Shown in pieces: positions 1 through 13,571 of a stretch of 64,000 nucleotides of DNA (its first letter is position 1; each line of letters starts with the position of its first letter). The stretch comes from Eledone cirrhosa (lineage: Eukaryota): NCBI GenBank assembly GCA_964016885.1, contig OZ024753.1, positions 28,024,001 to 28,088,000 of the forward strand, written 5' to 3'. The notes under the pieces are model-generated. The model made no database searches, was not told the origin of the DNA, and worked only from the letters and a program-made list of their open reading frames with translations. The position numbers and the translations under genes were made by a program.

Positions 1-53
1 ATATATATATATATTATATATATATATATTATATATATATATATTATATATAT

Positions 54-87
<34 letters not shown>

Positions 88-305
88 ATATATTATGTTT
101 AATACAATAACAGAGAACGCTTTAAGCTAAACTCTGACTGGTAACCATCTCACTCAACAAACATTAGGTTATATGTTAGTATAATCCCAATTTAGTGTTT
201 GGGGTGGTAACTATATGTATTTTGTGGAAAGCCAGTTGTATTATTTTATATGAGATATAATTAAAGTTAAAATATATCTCTCTTTCCAAAACAAATTGTT
301 TCATA

Positions 306-505
306 NNNNNNNNNNNNNNNNNNNNNNNNNNNNNNNNNNNNNNNNNNNNNNNNNNNNNNNNNNNNNNNNNNNNNNNNNNNNNNNNNNNNNNNNNNNNNNN
401 NNNNNNNNNNNNNNNNNNNNNNNNNNNNNNNNNNNNNNNNNNNNNNNNNNNNNNNNNNNNNNNNNNNNNNNNNNNNNNNNNNNNNNNNNNNNNNNNNNNN
501 NNNNN
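306..505. other. Assembly gap (200 N)
   Basis: Run of exactly 200 N. Confidence 0.99.
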
Positions 506-731
506 AATACATTGCAGAGTATAAAAGTTTTAATATAGATGAGATTCTACAGGACTAGAACTGTTTTCATTCTTTAGAAATCATCAGGAATTGGGAGATT
601 CCTGGATGATTTCTAATAGAATGAAACAGTTCTAGTCCTGTAGAATCTCATCGATATTAAAACTTTTATACTCTGCAATGTATTGAGTACCTTACTTACT
701 GTGATTACCTCCGATTTCAACCCGGAATAAC
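506..731. mobile_element. Penelope-like pLTR remnant forming a palindrome (arms 506-591 / 598-684) with a hammerhead motif in each arm
   Basis: Near-perfect inverted arms around a TGGGAG spacer. The same sequence recurs at 44603-44681 (-), 60176-60226 (-) and 63962-64000 (+). Confidence 0.7.
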
Positions 732-777
732 GTACTATAATATATATATATATATATTTATATATATTATATATATA

Positions 778-816
<39 letters not shown>

Positions 817-832
817 CTATATATTATATATA

Positions 833-863
<31 letters not shown>

Positions 864-931
864 AATATATTATATATATATATATATAATACAATATTAA
901 ATAATGGAAAACTATATTTATAAAACCATAT

Positions 932-997
932 TATTTCATTATATATATTTCGGGGATATCATATTAACAATATGCTATGCCTTCATCAGACAAAATA
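932..997 (-). ncRNA. Minimal type I hammerhead ribozyme (mirror of 1071-1136)
   Basis: Reverse complement reads TATTTTGT-CTGATGA-helix II-GAAA-TATATA-TA-ATGAAATA. Confidence 0.75.
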
Positions 998-1070
998 CAA
1001 TATAAACAGTTTTATAGATAAATATATTCGACATACCGAATATATTTATCTATAAAAACTGTTTATATTG

Positions 1071-1136
1071 TATTTTGTCTGATGAAGGCATAGCATATTG
1101 TTAATATGATATCCCCGAAATATATATAATGAAATA
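1071..1136 (+). ncRNA. Minimal type I hammerhead ribozyme
   Basis: Helix I TATTTTGT/ATGAAATA (8 bp including 2 G-U); core CTGATGA 1079-1085; 14-bp helix II with 11 pairs; GAAA 1117-1120; palindromic TATATA helix III; AUA cleavage triplet. Confidence 0.75.
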
Positions 1137-1293
1137 AATAATGGTTTTAAAATATAGTTTTCCATTTATTTAATATTGTAAATATACTCCAAATATTTGT
1201 CGAGTGCTTTCATATCAGTTATAAATATTTACTAGTTGTAACCCAACAAATTTTAAATATAACTTTACATGTATATATATTAGATATATATAT

Positions 1294-1324
<31 letters not shown>

Positions 1325-1520
1325 ATATATATTTATATATATATATTATATATATATAATATATATATTATATATATATATATATTATATATATATATTA
1401 TATATATATATATATATTATATATATTATATATATATAATTATATATATATATATATATATAATATATATATTATATATATATATTATATATATATATTA
1501 TATATATTATATATATATAT

Positions 1521-1569
<49 letters not shown>

Positions 1570-1585
1570 ATATATTTATATAATA

Positions 1586-1665
<80 letters not shown>

Positions 1666-1672
1666 TATATAT

Positions 1673-1751
<79 letters not shown>

Positions 1752-1895
1752 ATATATATTATATATATAATTATAATATATTATATATATATATATATTA
1801 TATATATGTATATATATTAATATATATATATATATATTATATATATATATATAATATATATATATATTATATATATATATATTATTATTATAATA

Positions 1896-1937
<42 letters not shown>

Positions 1938-1941
1938 ATAT

Positions 1942-1975
<34 letters not shown>

Positions 1976-2276
1976 ATTAGATATATATATATTATATATA
2001 TATATATTATATATAGTATATATATATATATATAGATATTATATATATAATAAATATATATTATATATATATATATATATTATATATATATAAATATATA
2101 TTATATATATATTATATATATATATATAATATATATAATTATATATATATTATATATATATATATAATATATATATTATATATATATAATATAATATATA
2201 TATATTATATATATATATTATATATATATATTATATATAGTATTATATATAATAATATATATATATATATATATAA

Positions 2277-2308
<32 letters not shown>

Positions 2309-2314
2309 TATTTA

Positions 2315-2438
<124 letters not shown>

Positions 2439-2696
2439 TATATTATATATATTATATATATATATATATTATATATATATTATATATTATATATATATAT
2501 ATATTATTATATATATAATAATATATATATTATATATATTAATAATATATATTATATATATAATTAATATATAATTATATTATATATATTATATATATAC
2601 TATATTATATATATATTATATATATATATATTATATATATATTATATATATATATTATATATATATTATATATATATTATATATATATATTATTAT

Positions 2697-2740
<44 letters not shown>

Positions 2741-2777
2741 ATATATATATATATTATATATATATATATTATATATA

Positions 2778-2867
<90 letters not shown>

Positions 2868-3009
2868 ATATATATATATATATTATATATATATTATATA
2901 TATATATATTATATATATATTATATATATATATATTATATATATATTATATATATTATATATATATATAATATATATATATATTATATATATATATATTA
3001 TATATATAT

Positions 3010-3042
<33 letters not shown>

Positions 3043-3112
3043 ATATATATATATTATATATATATATATTATATATATATATATTATATATATATATATT
3101 ATATATATATAT

Positions 3113-3147
<35 letters not shown>

Positions 3148-3207
3148 ATATATATATATATTATATATATATATATATATATAATATTATATATATATAT
3201 ATATTTA

Positions 3208-3263
<56 letters not shown>

Positions 3264-3580
3264 ATATATATATATTATATATATATTATATATATTTATA
3301 TTATATATATATTATATATATATATAATATATATATATATTATATATATATATAATATATATATATATTATATATATTATATATATATTATATATATATA
3401 TATATTATATATATATTATATATATATATATATTATATATATATTATATATATATATATATTATATATAATTATATATATATTATATATGTATATATATT
3501 ATATATATATTATATATATAATATATATATAATATATATATATATATAATATATCTATAATATATAATATATATATATAT

Positions 3581-4037
3581 CCTGTGTGAGGAGCGCGATG
3601 CTGCATGGTAGTGAGACATGGGCAGCAACCGCAGAAGATATGCGGACGGCTGGAGAGAAATGAGGCAAGCATGCTCCGTTGGATGTGCAGTGTAATATGT
3701 GCGGTGAACGACCCAGCATAAATGTGTTGAGAGAGAAACTGTGTCTGAGAGGGATAGAATGTAGTGTACGGGAGAGGAGACTGAGGTGGTATGGACATGT
3801 GATGCGCATGGAGGATGACCGATGGGTGAAGAAGTGCCAGGAAATGCCAGTTGAAGGAAGACGTGGTAGAGGTAGACCACGAAAAACATGGGCGGAGGTC
3901 GTGAGAACAGACCTCAGATCATTGAAGCTCACGGTGGAGATGACGAGGGACCGTGACGAGTGGAGAGATGCTGTGCTGAATAAGACCCGTCCCACCCTTG
4001 CAAGCAGGGAAAAGCGGACGATAAAATGATGATGATG
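3581..4037 (+). mobile_element. RTE-clade LINE, 5'-truncated 3' end with (GAT)n tail
   Basis: Encodes RRLRWYGHVMRM...GRRGRGRPRKTW...DRDEWR, the typical RTE C-terminus. Nearly identical to 62388-62883. Confidence 0.92.
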
Positions 4038-4046
4038 TTGATATAT

Positions 4047-4138
<92 letters not shown>

Positions 4139-4250
4139 ATTATATATATATATATATATTTTATATATATATATTATATATATATATTATATATATATAT
4201 ATTTTATATATATATATTATATATATATATATTATATATATATATATTAT

Positions 4251-4313
<63 letters not shown>

Positions 4314-4473
4314 GGTTGACTGTTTATAGGATTTGTAAGAATATGGTTTCATGCCCTGGAGATATTTACTTTCATATATAAATGCTTTGAACTGCTTTAA
4401 GGTTTGTTAAAAAACACGCACACATATACTTGCACATATATGTATGTAAATATGCACCCATCTATTTCTACAG

Positions 4474-4527
4474 GTGAAGGTTTCCAGAAATATCAAAAAC
4501 TCAAGAAGAAGGAAGCTGTTATAGATG
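4474..4527 (+). CDS. IFT74: IFT74 internal exon (GEGFQKYQKLKKKEAVID)
   Basis: cag/gtaag boundaries; phase 1-1; resembles the recalled human IFT74 segment GEMNQKYKELKKREEHMD. Upstream exons lie outside the window. Confidence 0.9.
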
Positions 4528-5491
4528 GTAAGATAGCATTTTATTTTTAAAAAACATGATTTTGATCCTCATTTTTCACCATCTAACATTTGTGATTCAT
4601 ACCAGTAAAGTGCAGTTAAAATTAAAATACAATTTTTTGTTGCTATTGTAATCAATTTATTTCATCAAGCAGGATGTAATTTTGTTAAAACTGCTGTAGC
4701 TATTGAAATCTGGTATTTTGGTGCTTCCTTTGATTTCATATCTGTTAATGTTCTTTCCAAATCTTAGGAAGGGCATCCATTAGCATTAGGATGGTCATCT
4801 GTTGATGTTAGAAAAGCCATCCTATTAGCATTAGGAAAGAGACTCAATTGGAATTAGAAAGGGTGTCTATTGATGTTAAGAAGAGCACCCTTTTGGCATT
4901 AAGAAGGGAGTCCTGGTGGTGTTGGGAAGGTTATCCTATTTGCATTACATGGTTAGACCCTGTAGCCATTAGGAAGGGCATCTATTGGTATATGGAAGCA
5001 CACACAATATTAGCAGTAACACCAATATGTTTATGTATAATTAACAATATGTTTATGTATAATTAACATAAATAAGTCTCACTAAGGATATTTTAAGTTA
5101 GTGTTTGGTATTCTCACATGGTTATTGAGGTAGTTGTGGTGATCACAACTTAAAATACCAACAGTGAGATTCATGTGTTTAGTATATCATCATCATCATC
5201 ATCACTGTTTAGCACCTGTTTTCCATGCTTTCATGGATTAGACGGGTTGTCCATGTTGGGAGACAAGTCTGGCCAGAATTGGCCATGCTGTACCTTGCTC
5301 TGACGAGGACTGAAAATTTGACCGGGGATTTTACAGCCGGATGCCCTTCCTAACACCAACCACATTTAAGCATATTATATATGTAGTGCACCTGAGCACT
5401 TTACACAATAATTTCATTATTATTATCATTATTATTATATGCTTCCATATATATGCCTCAGTTCCAAATCTTTATTTGTTTATTTCTGCAG

Positions 5492-5532
5492 AATTTATTG
5501 AAAATTTTGAACAGAATAAACAACATGAACAG
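5492..5532 (+). CDS. IFT74: IFT74 exon (EFIENFEQNKQHEQ)
   Basis: cag/gtatg boundaries; frame continuous with the flanking exons. Confidence 0.9.
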
Positions 5533-6862
5533 GTATGTTTTGTTATTTATATTTTCACTTGAAGAGGAAACTCAGGGTGGATGAGAGTGGTCAGCAATGG
5601 TCCAAGTGAATGGGCCTAATCTGAATATCATCATCATCATCGTTTAACGTCCATCTTCCATGCTAGCATGAGTTAGACGGTTTTGTTCCATTTGATGCGA
5701 GAATGGTCGGAAGACCATGTCTCACTCTCACGGAAGCATCTCTGGCAGGTTTTCTTTTACAGCTAGATGTCCTTCCTAACACCAACCACATTTACAGTGT
5801 GGACTGGGAGCCTTTTCACCGTGTCTCCTACAAGGCCACCTTACAGTGTGGACAGAACAGGAGAGGAGGTAGGATGTGGCGGTGGGGTGTACATTGAGTT
5901 AAGAGGTGCCTACTGACTGTAGGTTTGTATGCAATGGTAGTCGGGTCTTCTGTACAACTGCATGGCGCCAAAGGTCTCAATCCAGTGTCATTGTCTTAGA
6001 GAGGTTTAAGTGGTCAAGGTATATATCTGCCTGTAAACTGAGAGAGGGCAACCGTGGTTTTATGGGGTTTTTCCACGAGTGGCTCTCTGACATTGCCTCC
6101 CTATTGAGGTATAATTATGTAAAATGTTATTGTTAGCCACCCACCCTTGGATGTCTCCTCCCTTTTGAGGAATCCTCATTGTTTATATTTTGTTACTTCT
6201 TTTATTAAATCTGTTTACGCACAACCTCCTCCACCCCACCCACACACACCAACACACACTCACTGTTTTGTCCTGTGCCATTTTTAATGTTTTTCTTGGT
6301 ATAAGCCTTTTGAAGTTAATAAAGAAATCATAATTATTATAGAGTCAGACACCATGCTTCACAGTATAGAGTTATGGCCCTTTACGTTCTGAGTTCAAAT
6401 CCCGCCAAGGATAGCTTTGCCTTTCATCCTTACGGAGTCGATTAAATAAAGTACCAGTAATGCACTGGGGTTGATTTCATCAACTTTCCCTTCCCCCAAA
6501 TTGAAAGATGGGTGATGGAGGCAAGAATGGCCCGAGTGACTTGACCTACTCTGAGTATATGCTTGTAAATTGAAGATGGAAAACTGGGAGAGGACAATTG
6601 CCCTGGTGGTCAGGGTCACCGTGGCTTTTTTAATGGGCTTTATCCACGATGGCCCTCAGAAGTCTCCCCCCTATTGGGGAATTTTTCATTGTTCTTTTAT
6701 TACATCCTCTGTTTTTTTGTTTTTTTTACATGCAGAAATGCCCATTTGTAACATCCTGTATTGTCCTGTACTGTCCTTAATGTCTACTTTGTGTAAACCC
6801 TTGTGGTTAATAAAGAAAGCATTATTATTGCCGTCGTCATTATTATTATTATTCTGTTGTAG

Positions 6863-6919
6863 TCAGCAATTGACAGGGCTCAGGTGAACATAGTTAATTT
6901 ACTGGAAAAGATCAGTCAG
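6863..6919 (+). CDS. IFT74: IFT74 exon (SAIDRAQVNIVNLLEKISQ)
   Basis: tag/gtaag boundaries; 57 nt, phase 0-0; matches the IFT74 motif NIVALLE. Confidence 0.9.
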
Positions 6920-7619
6920 GTAAGTTGATAGAAATACTTTGATGTGGAATTTTATGTAAATTTTATTTTATTTTTATCTTTAGTAAAAGCTCTCCTTCAT
7001 TTTACATCAACAGGTAGGAATTATTATCATTATTGGTAGATTGGCAGAATCGTTAAACAAAATGCTTTGCAACGTTTTTATTATGGCTCTTTATGTTCCA
7101 AGTTCAAATTCTGTTGAGGTCAACTTTGATTTTCACCCTTCTGGGGTCAACAAAAGTACTTGGGTCAATGTAATCAACTTTCCTCTCCTCAAAAATTGCA
7201 GGCCTTGTGTTTAGATTAGAAATCATTTATAAAATAAAGTACCAGTCATGTAGTAGGGTCAATTTAATCGACTTCTCTCCTCTGCTAAAATTGCTGGTCT
7301 TGCACCTGAATTAGAAACCATTATTATTATTTTGGCAGTATCGGTAGAGGATCGGACACCATGCTTTGACGCATAGAGTTACAGCCCTTGCCATTCTGAG
7401 TTCAAATCCCGCCGAGGTTAACTTTGCCTTTCATCCTTACGGGGTCGATAAAATAAAGTACCAGTAATGTACTGGGATAATTGCTGGCCTTGTGTCAAAA
7501 GTAGAAACAATTATTATTATTGTTGTTGTTGTTTTCTTCCCTGTAATTAGCATTCCATTGTTTCTCTGGCAGTATTTGGTTTGCTAGACATCAAGCTGTC
7601 ACTTGAAACCTAAGGTATC

Positions 7620-7830
7620 TAACACCTTTCATATGATTCTTGCTGTGCCAAACGAACAAAAGTCCTCAAACACTCTCTCCAGCAGGTCTTGTCAGAAGCG
7701 ACCATCTCCAACTGATCTGTCTGGATTCCCAAGCGAGACCAGCCAAGCTCATGGATGTTATCCAACCATCTTACTCGGGGTCTACCCCTGGGTCTCTTGC
7801 CAGTTGGTTTTGCCCATAAAGCTTTTGGAG
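7620..7830 (-). mobile_element. Degenerate RTE-group LINE 3' fragment (second family)
   Basis: Encodes KRPRGRPRVRWLDNI...SDKTCWR; related piece near 22750-22815. Confidence 0.7.
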
Positions 7831-7989
7831 TTGATAAAATAAAATACTTGTAAAGTACTGGGATTGATTTAATCAAATTTCCTCTCATCCAAGATGACTG
7901 CTCTTGTGGCTATATTAGAAACAATCAATATTGGTTTTGGATTTAATTCTTCTTCTTTTTGTTTCATTTTTTTTTTATTACTATTTCAG

Positions 7990-8113
7990 AATATCAACCG
8001 ATCTTCCTTCAATCTACCTTCTGAGGACCAGCTGGCAAACATGAAGGAAAATCTGAATTACAAGGAGGGGGAATTGAAAAAATCTGAGAGTACTGTAACA
8101 AATATATCATCTG
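7990..8113 (+). CDS. IFT74: IFT74 exon (NINRSSFNLPSEDQLANMKENLNYKEGELKKSESTVTNISS)
   Basis: cag/gtaag boundaries; frame continuous. Confidence 0.93.
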
Positions 8114-8341
8114 GTAAGCTTACTATCTTTCTCACGTTGTCACAGTGAAATTGTGTCACAGGTAACCTGAGTGGCAGATGACAGTGATAATCTACTGCAG
8201 TTGGAAATGAGGTTGTCTGTATGTTGTTGTGATCAACCTAGACAACCTGTATCAGCATGTAGTGGGAAGGGAAGTGGAGGCTTACATTTATATATCTTGG
8301 GCCACTGTTTCCAAACTGGGAATTGTTAAAGTAGTACATGT

Positions 8342-8805
8342 GAAGGCACATGGCTTAGTGGTTAGAGCATTGGGCTTGCAATCGAAAGGTTATGAGTTCA
8401 ATACTCGGACCGGGTGATGTGTTGTTTCCTTGAGCAAGACACTTTATTTCACATTGCTCCAGTTTACTCATCTGTAGAAATGAGATGATAGGGACTGGGG
8501 TCCCTATCATTCCACGGCAAAGTGGTTGTGGAGGTGCCACGGCAAAGTGGTTGTGGAGGTGCCACGGCAAAATAGCACCCAGCCCACACTGTAAAGTGGA
8601 CGTGTAGGCGCCACAGAAAAAAAGCACCCAGCACTCACTATAAATGAGGTTGGTGTTAGGAAGGGCATCCAGCTGTAGAAATCAAGCCAGAATCAGTCCC
8701 CGTATGAGCAAGATAGGGTCAGCCGACCGGACACTGCCCACAACAGGACAACCCGTCTAACCCATGCTAGCGTGGAAGAACGGACGTAAAACGGTGATGA
8801 TGATG
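8342..8805 (+). mobile_element. tRNA-derived CORE-type SINE (family A) with RTE-like 3' end
   Basis: A box TGGCTTAGTGG; B box GTTCAAT; CORE-like CCTTGAGCAAGACACTT...CAGTTTACTCATCTGTAGAAATG; (GAT)n tail. Other copies at 13572-13910(-), 31518-31865(-), 44051-44359(+), 48905-49035(-), 51677-51937(-). Confidence 0.85.
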
Positions 8806-8957
8806 TTGGGAGTCAGTAAAGGTAGAGCTGAGGGTAGCAGGATCAGTAAAAGGGTCTGTGAACTAAGTTCAACATTTCAACTACTTTGTTACATATGTAA
8901 TATAATCATACATGGGTAATGTTTCTCTCTTTCAAAAGTGAACATAAAATAATTTGT

Positions 8958-9065
8958 GTAAATAACTTAAATAACTTGTGTATATAACTTCTTAAAATAA
9001 CTTGTGTATATAACTTCTTTAAAAAACTTGTGTAAATAACTTCTTAAATAACTTGTGTAAATAAC
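8958..9065. repeat. Short tandem repeat, ~25-bp unit (AACTTGTGTAAATAACTTCTTAAAT), ~4 copies
   Basis: Visible periodicity. Confidence 0.8.
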
Positions 9066-9353
9066 TGTAATAGCCATATTAGTGGCTTTTTTTTTTTAGT
9101 AGGTTTTATATCTTCGAAATTCTAACTTTGACTCTTTTGGGACCAACCCATTCAAAACTGCCTCTGGATCTATAGATCATTATTTTAAAGGGTTTCTATT
9201 TAAATGAAAGTCTTCTAGCATAATTTTAAATAAGAACCTTTTGCTATTTTAATAATAAAATATATCTTTCCTAAGTTTACATTAATTAATTCAAATACAA
9301 TGTATTCTATTAGAAATATGCTAATCAAAGGATTAATCTTTGAATATTTGCAG

Positions 9354-9517
9354 AAAATCAGAAACTTCAAGAAGATCTTCAGAAAGTGGAACTTCTTGAG
9401 AGTAAAACACATCGAGAAATTTCTATTTTGAAAGATAAAATTGCTAAAATGACTGAAGAACTTACTACATACAGAGACATGAAAGGTTTGAAAGAAAAAT
9501 CTGATAGTAGAAAACAG
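9354..9517 (+). CDS. IFT74: IFT74 exon (ENQKLQEDLQKVELLESK...DSRKQ)
   Basis: cag/gtaag boundaries; DLQKxELLESK is conserved in IFT74. Confidence 0.95.
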
Positions 9518-10215
9518 GTAAGACTTCCTTTTTGAACTGCCTACAGTTGTTTGTGTATCAGTCTGAATGTATGTCTGTACATGTATGTATGTCTATATGT
9601 CGCTGTGTATGCATGTATGTGTACCTGTATCATAATCATCATCATCATCACCGTTTAACGTCTACTTTTCTATGCTAGCATGGGTTAGACGAGTTGCTCT
9701 GAATAATGCCAGGTCAGGTGATCATGTCTTGCTTATACAGAACTGATTTTGGCTTGGTTTCTACAACTGAATGCCCTTCCTAATGCCAACCACATTTAGA
9801 GTGTGAACTGGATGCTTTTTTTGTTGTGACTCCTACACAACCGCTCTACAGTGTGGGCAGGAGGCTTCACTGGATGTATACTTCAGCCGGTGTGTGTGTC
9901 TATTTGTCTCTGTGTATGTATGTATGTATGATGATGATATAGGTTATATAGAAATGACTTCTACAGGACAAGAATTGCTTCATTCCTGATGATTTCATAC
10001 AAATGAAGCAGTTTTAGTCATATAAAAGTCATTTCTATATAATATATTTGCTTATTCTCTACTAACGTATTGAGTACATTATTTAAATGTGGTTATTTCC
10101 AAATTCCCTTTGGAACACCATTCTTAATTATATACATGTATATATATATATATACATACATAAATTGAAGTATTTTTTTCTAATTGATGTATTTTATTTA
10201 CTTGATATTCTGTAG

Positions 10216-10341
10216 AAATTACTCCAAGATAAAGCTGTGTTAAAGATGAGAACTATTCAACTGCGACAGTTGGTAGAGGGACTTAAGGCAGAGTTTGGTC
10301 AACTGACATCTGAACTGGCTGAAAATGAAACACATACACAG
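10216..10341 (+). CDS. IFT74: IFT74 exon (KLLQDKAVL...LAENETHTQ)
   Basis: tag/gtgat boundaries; ENETHxQ motif. Confidence 0.95.
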
Positions 10342-10368
10342 GTGATTAAAATCCAGTTCTGATTTATT

Positions 10369-10597
10369 TTAACCCTTTAGCATTTAAACCGGCCGTTTCT
10401 GGCCAGAATTATCTCAACTCTTTCTGTTCAAACCGGTTGTAGCCAGCCACTCATACTGATGTTGAGGTATTGTTCTCAAAATAAATAATATCAAAATCTC
10501 ATAGATTCAATATTATGTGAGATAATTATGTAAGATAAAGCCTTTACTATGAAAATATAACAATATAGATAGAGTAATGTAAATGCTAAAGGGTTAA
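10369..10597. mobile_element. TTAA-flanked MITE (piggyBac-like non-autonomous element), ~220 bp
   Basis: Termini TTAACCCTTTAGCATTTA...TAAATGCTAAAGGGTTAA. Copies at 17310-17525, 19790-20000, 26624-26849, 32315-32541, 33169-33386 and 34581-34796; partial copies at 22815-23021, 25617-25760 and 52646-52878. Confidence 0.85.
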
Positions 10598-11554
10598 TCC
10601 TTTCTTTACCATATTTCTAATGAAAAACACTGCTTGTAATTTTCAATGAATTTTGAAAATAATCAAAAAATTTTAGGAATTTACTAATTATAACTAACTT
10701 TATTATTTTTAACACTTTTGTTACCATAATTTTAATGAAAGGCAATATTGCTTATTTTGAAGCCATTTTGAAATAAGAATTTTAACAGATTTAGTAACAT
10801 AACTATCTTCAATTCAGTATTCGTGCCAATCCTTACTTATGGACATGAATCTTGAATAATGACTGAAAGAATACAATTGCAAATACAAGTGGCCGAAATG
10901 GGATTTCACCGAAGAGTCTTTGGGGTAACGTTACTTGGTAGAGTGCGTAGCTTAGAGATCTGAGAGTCACTCCAGATAGAGCCGTTACTTTTCCAAATTG
11001 AAAGATCACAGCTTTCATTTGTAGAGGGACATGTTTTGTTGTCAACATGTTCTGTCCTGTTTTATGTGTGTGTGTGTGTGTGTGTGTTTCTTACCATCAG
11101 TGTTTCCTGGAAACCATTATAGTTTAATTGTTATCTTGTTTAACTGACACAGAATGCAGTAGGTTTACATAATTTTTCAGTACTGACATAACAGCACAAT
11201 TAGTTTGTGTGAGAATGTAACATGGTTTGTACAAGCATGTGAGTGATATGGTGTTTTAGGATCAACACCCAGTATTATGATAGTCTAGAATGACCATGTT
11301 AAAATATAACATGGTTTGTATTTGTGTGAGAATGATATCAATGAAGGTGCCTGACCATGGATTCAATTTGCAGACCTGTTGGCCTATTGTGTCCTTGAAC
11401 AAAATACTTCATTTCATGTTGCATTAGTTCACTCATTTGGAAAATATTATTAGCAGTAACAGCAGTTTGGGGCTAATCTTGTGATTGATAAATATCTTAT
11501 TCTTTCAGTCACTTAATGCCTATGAAGCCAGGATAAACTCTGGCACCAGAGAAA

Positions 11555-12155
11555 CATCAAATACATTTATGAGAAAGTACTGGTGAATAACAGATACTTA
11601 GGTTCATCAGACAAATGTCAAATAAATTTGATAAATGTCTGAAAACCTGTGACATCAGAAAATCATCAAGCATTCCACAAACAAAAAGTTGAAAAGTGGA
11701 CAAATGTTTGACAAACATATGACATGACAGAAATATCAAATATAAAACAGAAGTAGACAAATGTTTGATAGAAATATCAAACATTAGACAGACCAATGAC
11801 AGAGAAACAGAGATATATCTGCCAAACGTGTGACATCGCAGAAACATCAAATATTAGACAAACTTACAGAGAACACAGACAAATATGTGACATGAGGAAG
11901 GGCATCCAGCTATAGAAAACAAACCAAAATCAGTTCTGTGTGTGCAAATCAAGGTCCTCTGACCTGATCTCTTAAGGGACTGCTAGTCCTACCCATGTTA
12001 GCGTGGAAAATGAACATTAAACAATGATGAGGATGATAGAAACATCAAACATTAGACAGACTTACAAATAAGTGACGTCATAGAAACATTAGACAGCTGT
12101 ATGACAAACAAGCAGAGAAATGTTTGATAAACCTGCAACAGACATCAGACAAAAC
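11555..12155. repeat. Degenerate minisatellite (GACAAATGT..GACA / AGAAACATCAAACATT motifs)
   Basis: Motifs recur with irregular spacing. Confidence 0.6.
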
Positions 12156-12560
12156 TATGAGTAATATGATTGGTCACTCAATTGTGGCTTTTCATAGCTA
12201 ACTAAGTATAGATAAGTTGAGGCTGGAGTTACTGTTATTTACATTACAGGGCTTGCACTATGTAGGTCAAAGGGTACAGTACACTTACTGGACTACATTC
12301 TCCTGTGAAACTATCTTATTTGGATAAGGTGTGTTTTGGGAAAATTTCTGTTTGCATGTGACCTACATTACATTAGACAAATATCTAGAGCAAGGGTGAG
12401 GAACCTCTTAAATTTGAAGTGACATTTTTAGTTTAAGGGAAAATACAAATAATTGAGACTACCAAAGTCACATATTTTATTATAAACAAAAATGTTGAAG
12501 CTACTGAATGTTTTGTGATAGGCATCTAGATGTCTGGACCATTATGGCCATTACTGTATA

Positions 12561-13094
12561 TCTATCTATATATATAAAGCTGTGGTTGTCTGTCTGTCTA
12601 TCGATTTTTGGCACACATCTCCTCTTAGAATCTCTGACGGAATTGCACTGAAATTACTATACTTGTACATTGAGCCCTAGCGAAGACATCGGAAAAAAAA
12701 TATTTCAAATTGACCCACCCTATGTGACGAAATCGAATCTAATGTATCGATTTTTGAGCGTAAGTGACGAGTTATTTCCCTTTGTTCTGTTTACATTGAG
12801 CGTCTTCTATATATCTATATATATAAAGCTGTGGTTGCCTGTCTGTCTATCGATTTTTGGCACACATCTCCTCTTAGAATCTCTGACGGAATTGCACCAA
12901 AATTGCTATACTTGTACATTGAGCCCTAGCGAAGACATCGGAAAAAAAATATTTCAAATTCACCCACCCTATGTGACGAAATCGAATCTAATGTGCAGTC
13001 GTGCAGACAGACTTTAAGCCAAAATAGAAACTTAACATTGTAACTTTAACACAGCTACTGAGCGACCCCGAGCAACGCCGGGCTTTACTGCTAG
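12561..13094 (+). mobile_element. Non-autonomous Helitron-like element with a duplicated 5' block
   Basis: 5' TC start, (CTGT)n, 3' hairpin CCCGAGCAACGCCGGG and CTAG end, inserted between A and T. Relatives at 21468-21835(-), 29937-30389(+) and 33601-34319(+). Confidence 0.75.
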
Positions 13095-13571
13095 TATACT
13101 ATAAAATTGTTTATTTACATCAACATTTCGTATATTATTCAGTATACAACCCGAATCATGAATGTATGTATGTATATATATATATATATATGAATTTTAT
13201 TACCATAACAGAAGTCTGAAGAGATTTTGATTCCCGAGTCGGGCCAGATTGATACAGATCGAGCCTTGAGCTGATCAATCATGGAACACACGTCACACTT
13301 CAATAAATGTAATGAAGATCTAACACCTCGTCCTTTTTATTATCATTATATATATATAATATGGCAGATACTAATCAAATTGTTTGAGGCAATCATAAAG
13401 CACTCAATAAGGGAGCAAGAAGTTAATACATTATTGTCCAGAGTAAACACAAAAGTAAACAAAATGTGACACCAAGTAAAATGACCGAAGGCAGTGGCCA
13501 TACATATACCACAACAACGATAAATACAAATATGTTGAAGACACACACATATATATATATATATTATCATC

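Larger units (their letters stand above)
888..1272. mobile_element. Penelope-like pLTR palindrome (arms ~888-1030 / 1037-1180) with a unique tail
   Basis: ~140-bp inverted arms around an ACATAC spacer. Homologous locus at 51204-51601. Confidence 0.7.

Noticed and set aside
267-538. ORFs spanning the N run
   Set aside because: Artefacts of the assembly gap.
6983-7013. Possible micro-exon (tag...aacag/gtagg) in an IFT74 intron
   Set aside because: The protein is already colinear with IFT74 without it, and inclusion would disrupt the frame.
8342-8415. tRNA genes at SINE heads
   Set aside because: A/B boxes are present but run straight into SINE bodies in many diverged copies; no convincing cloverleaf.
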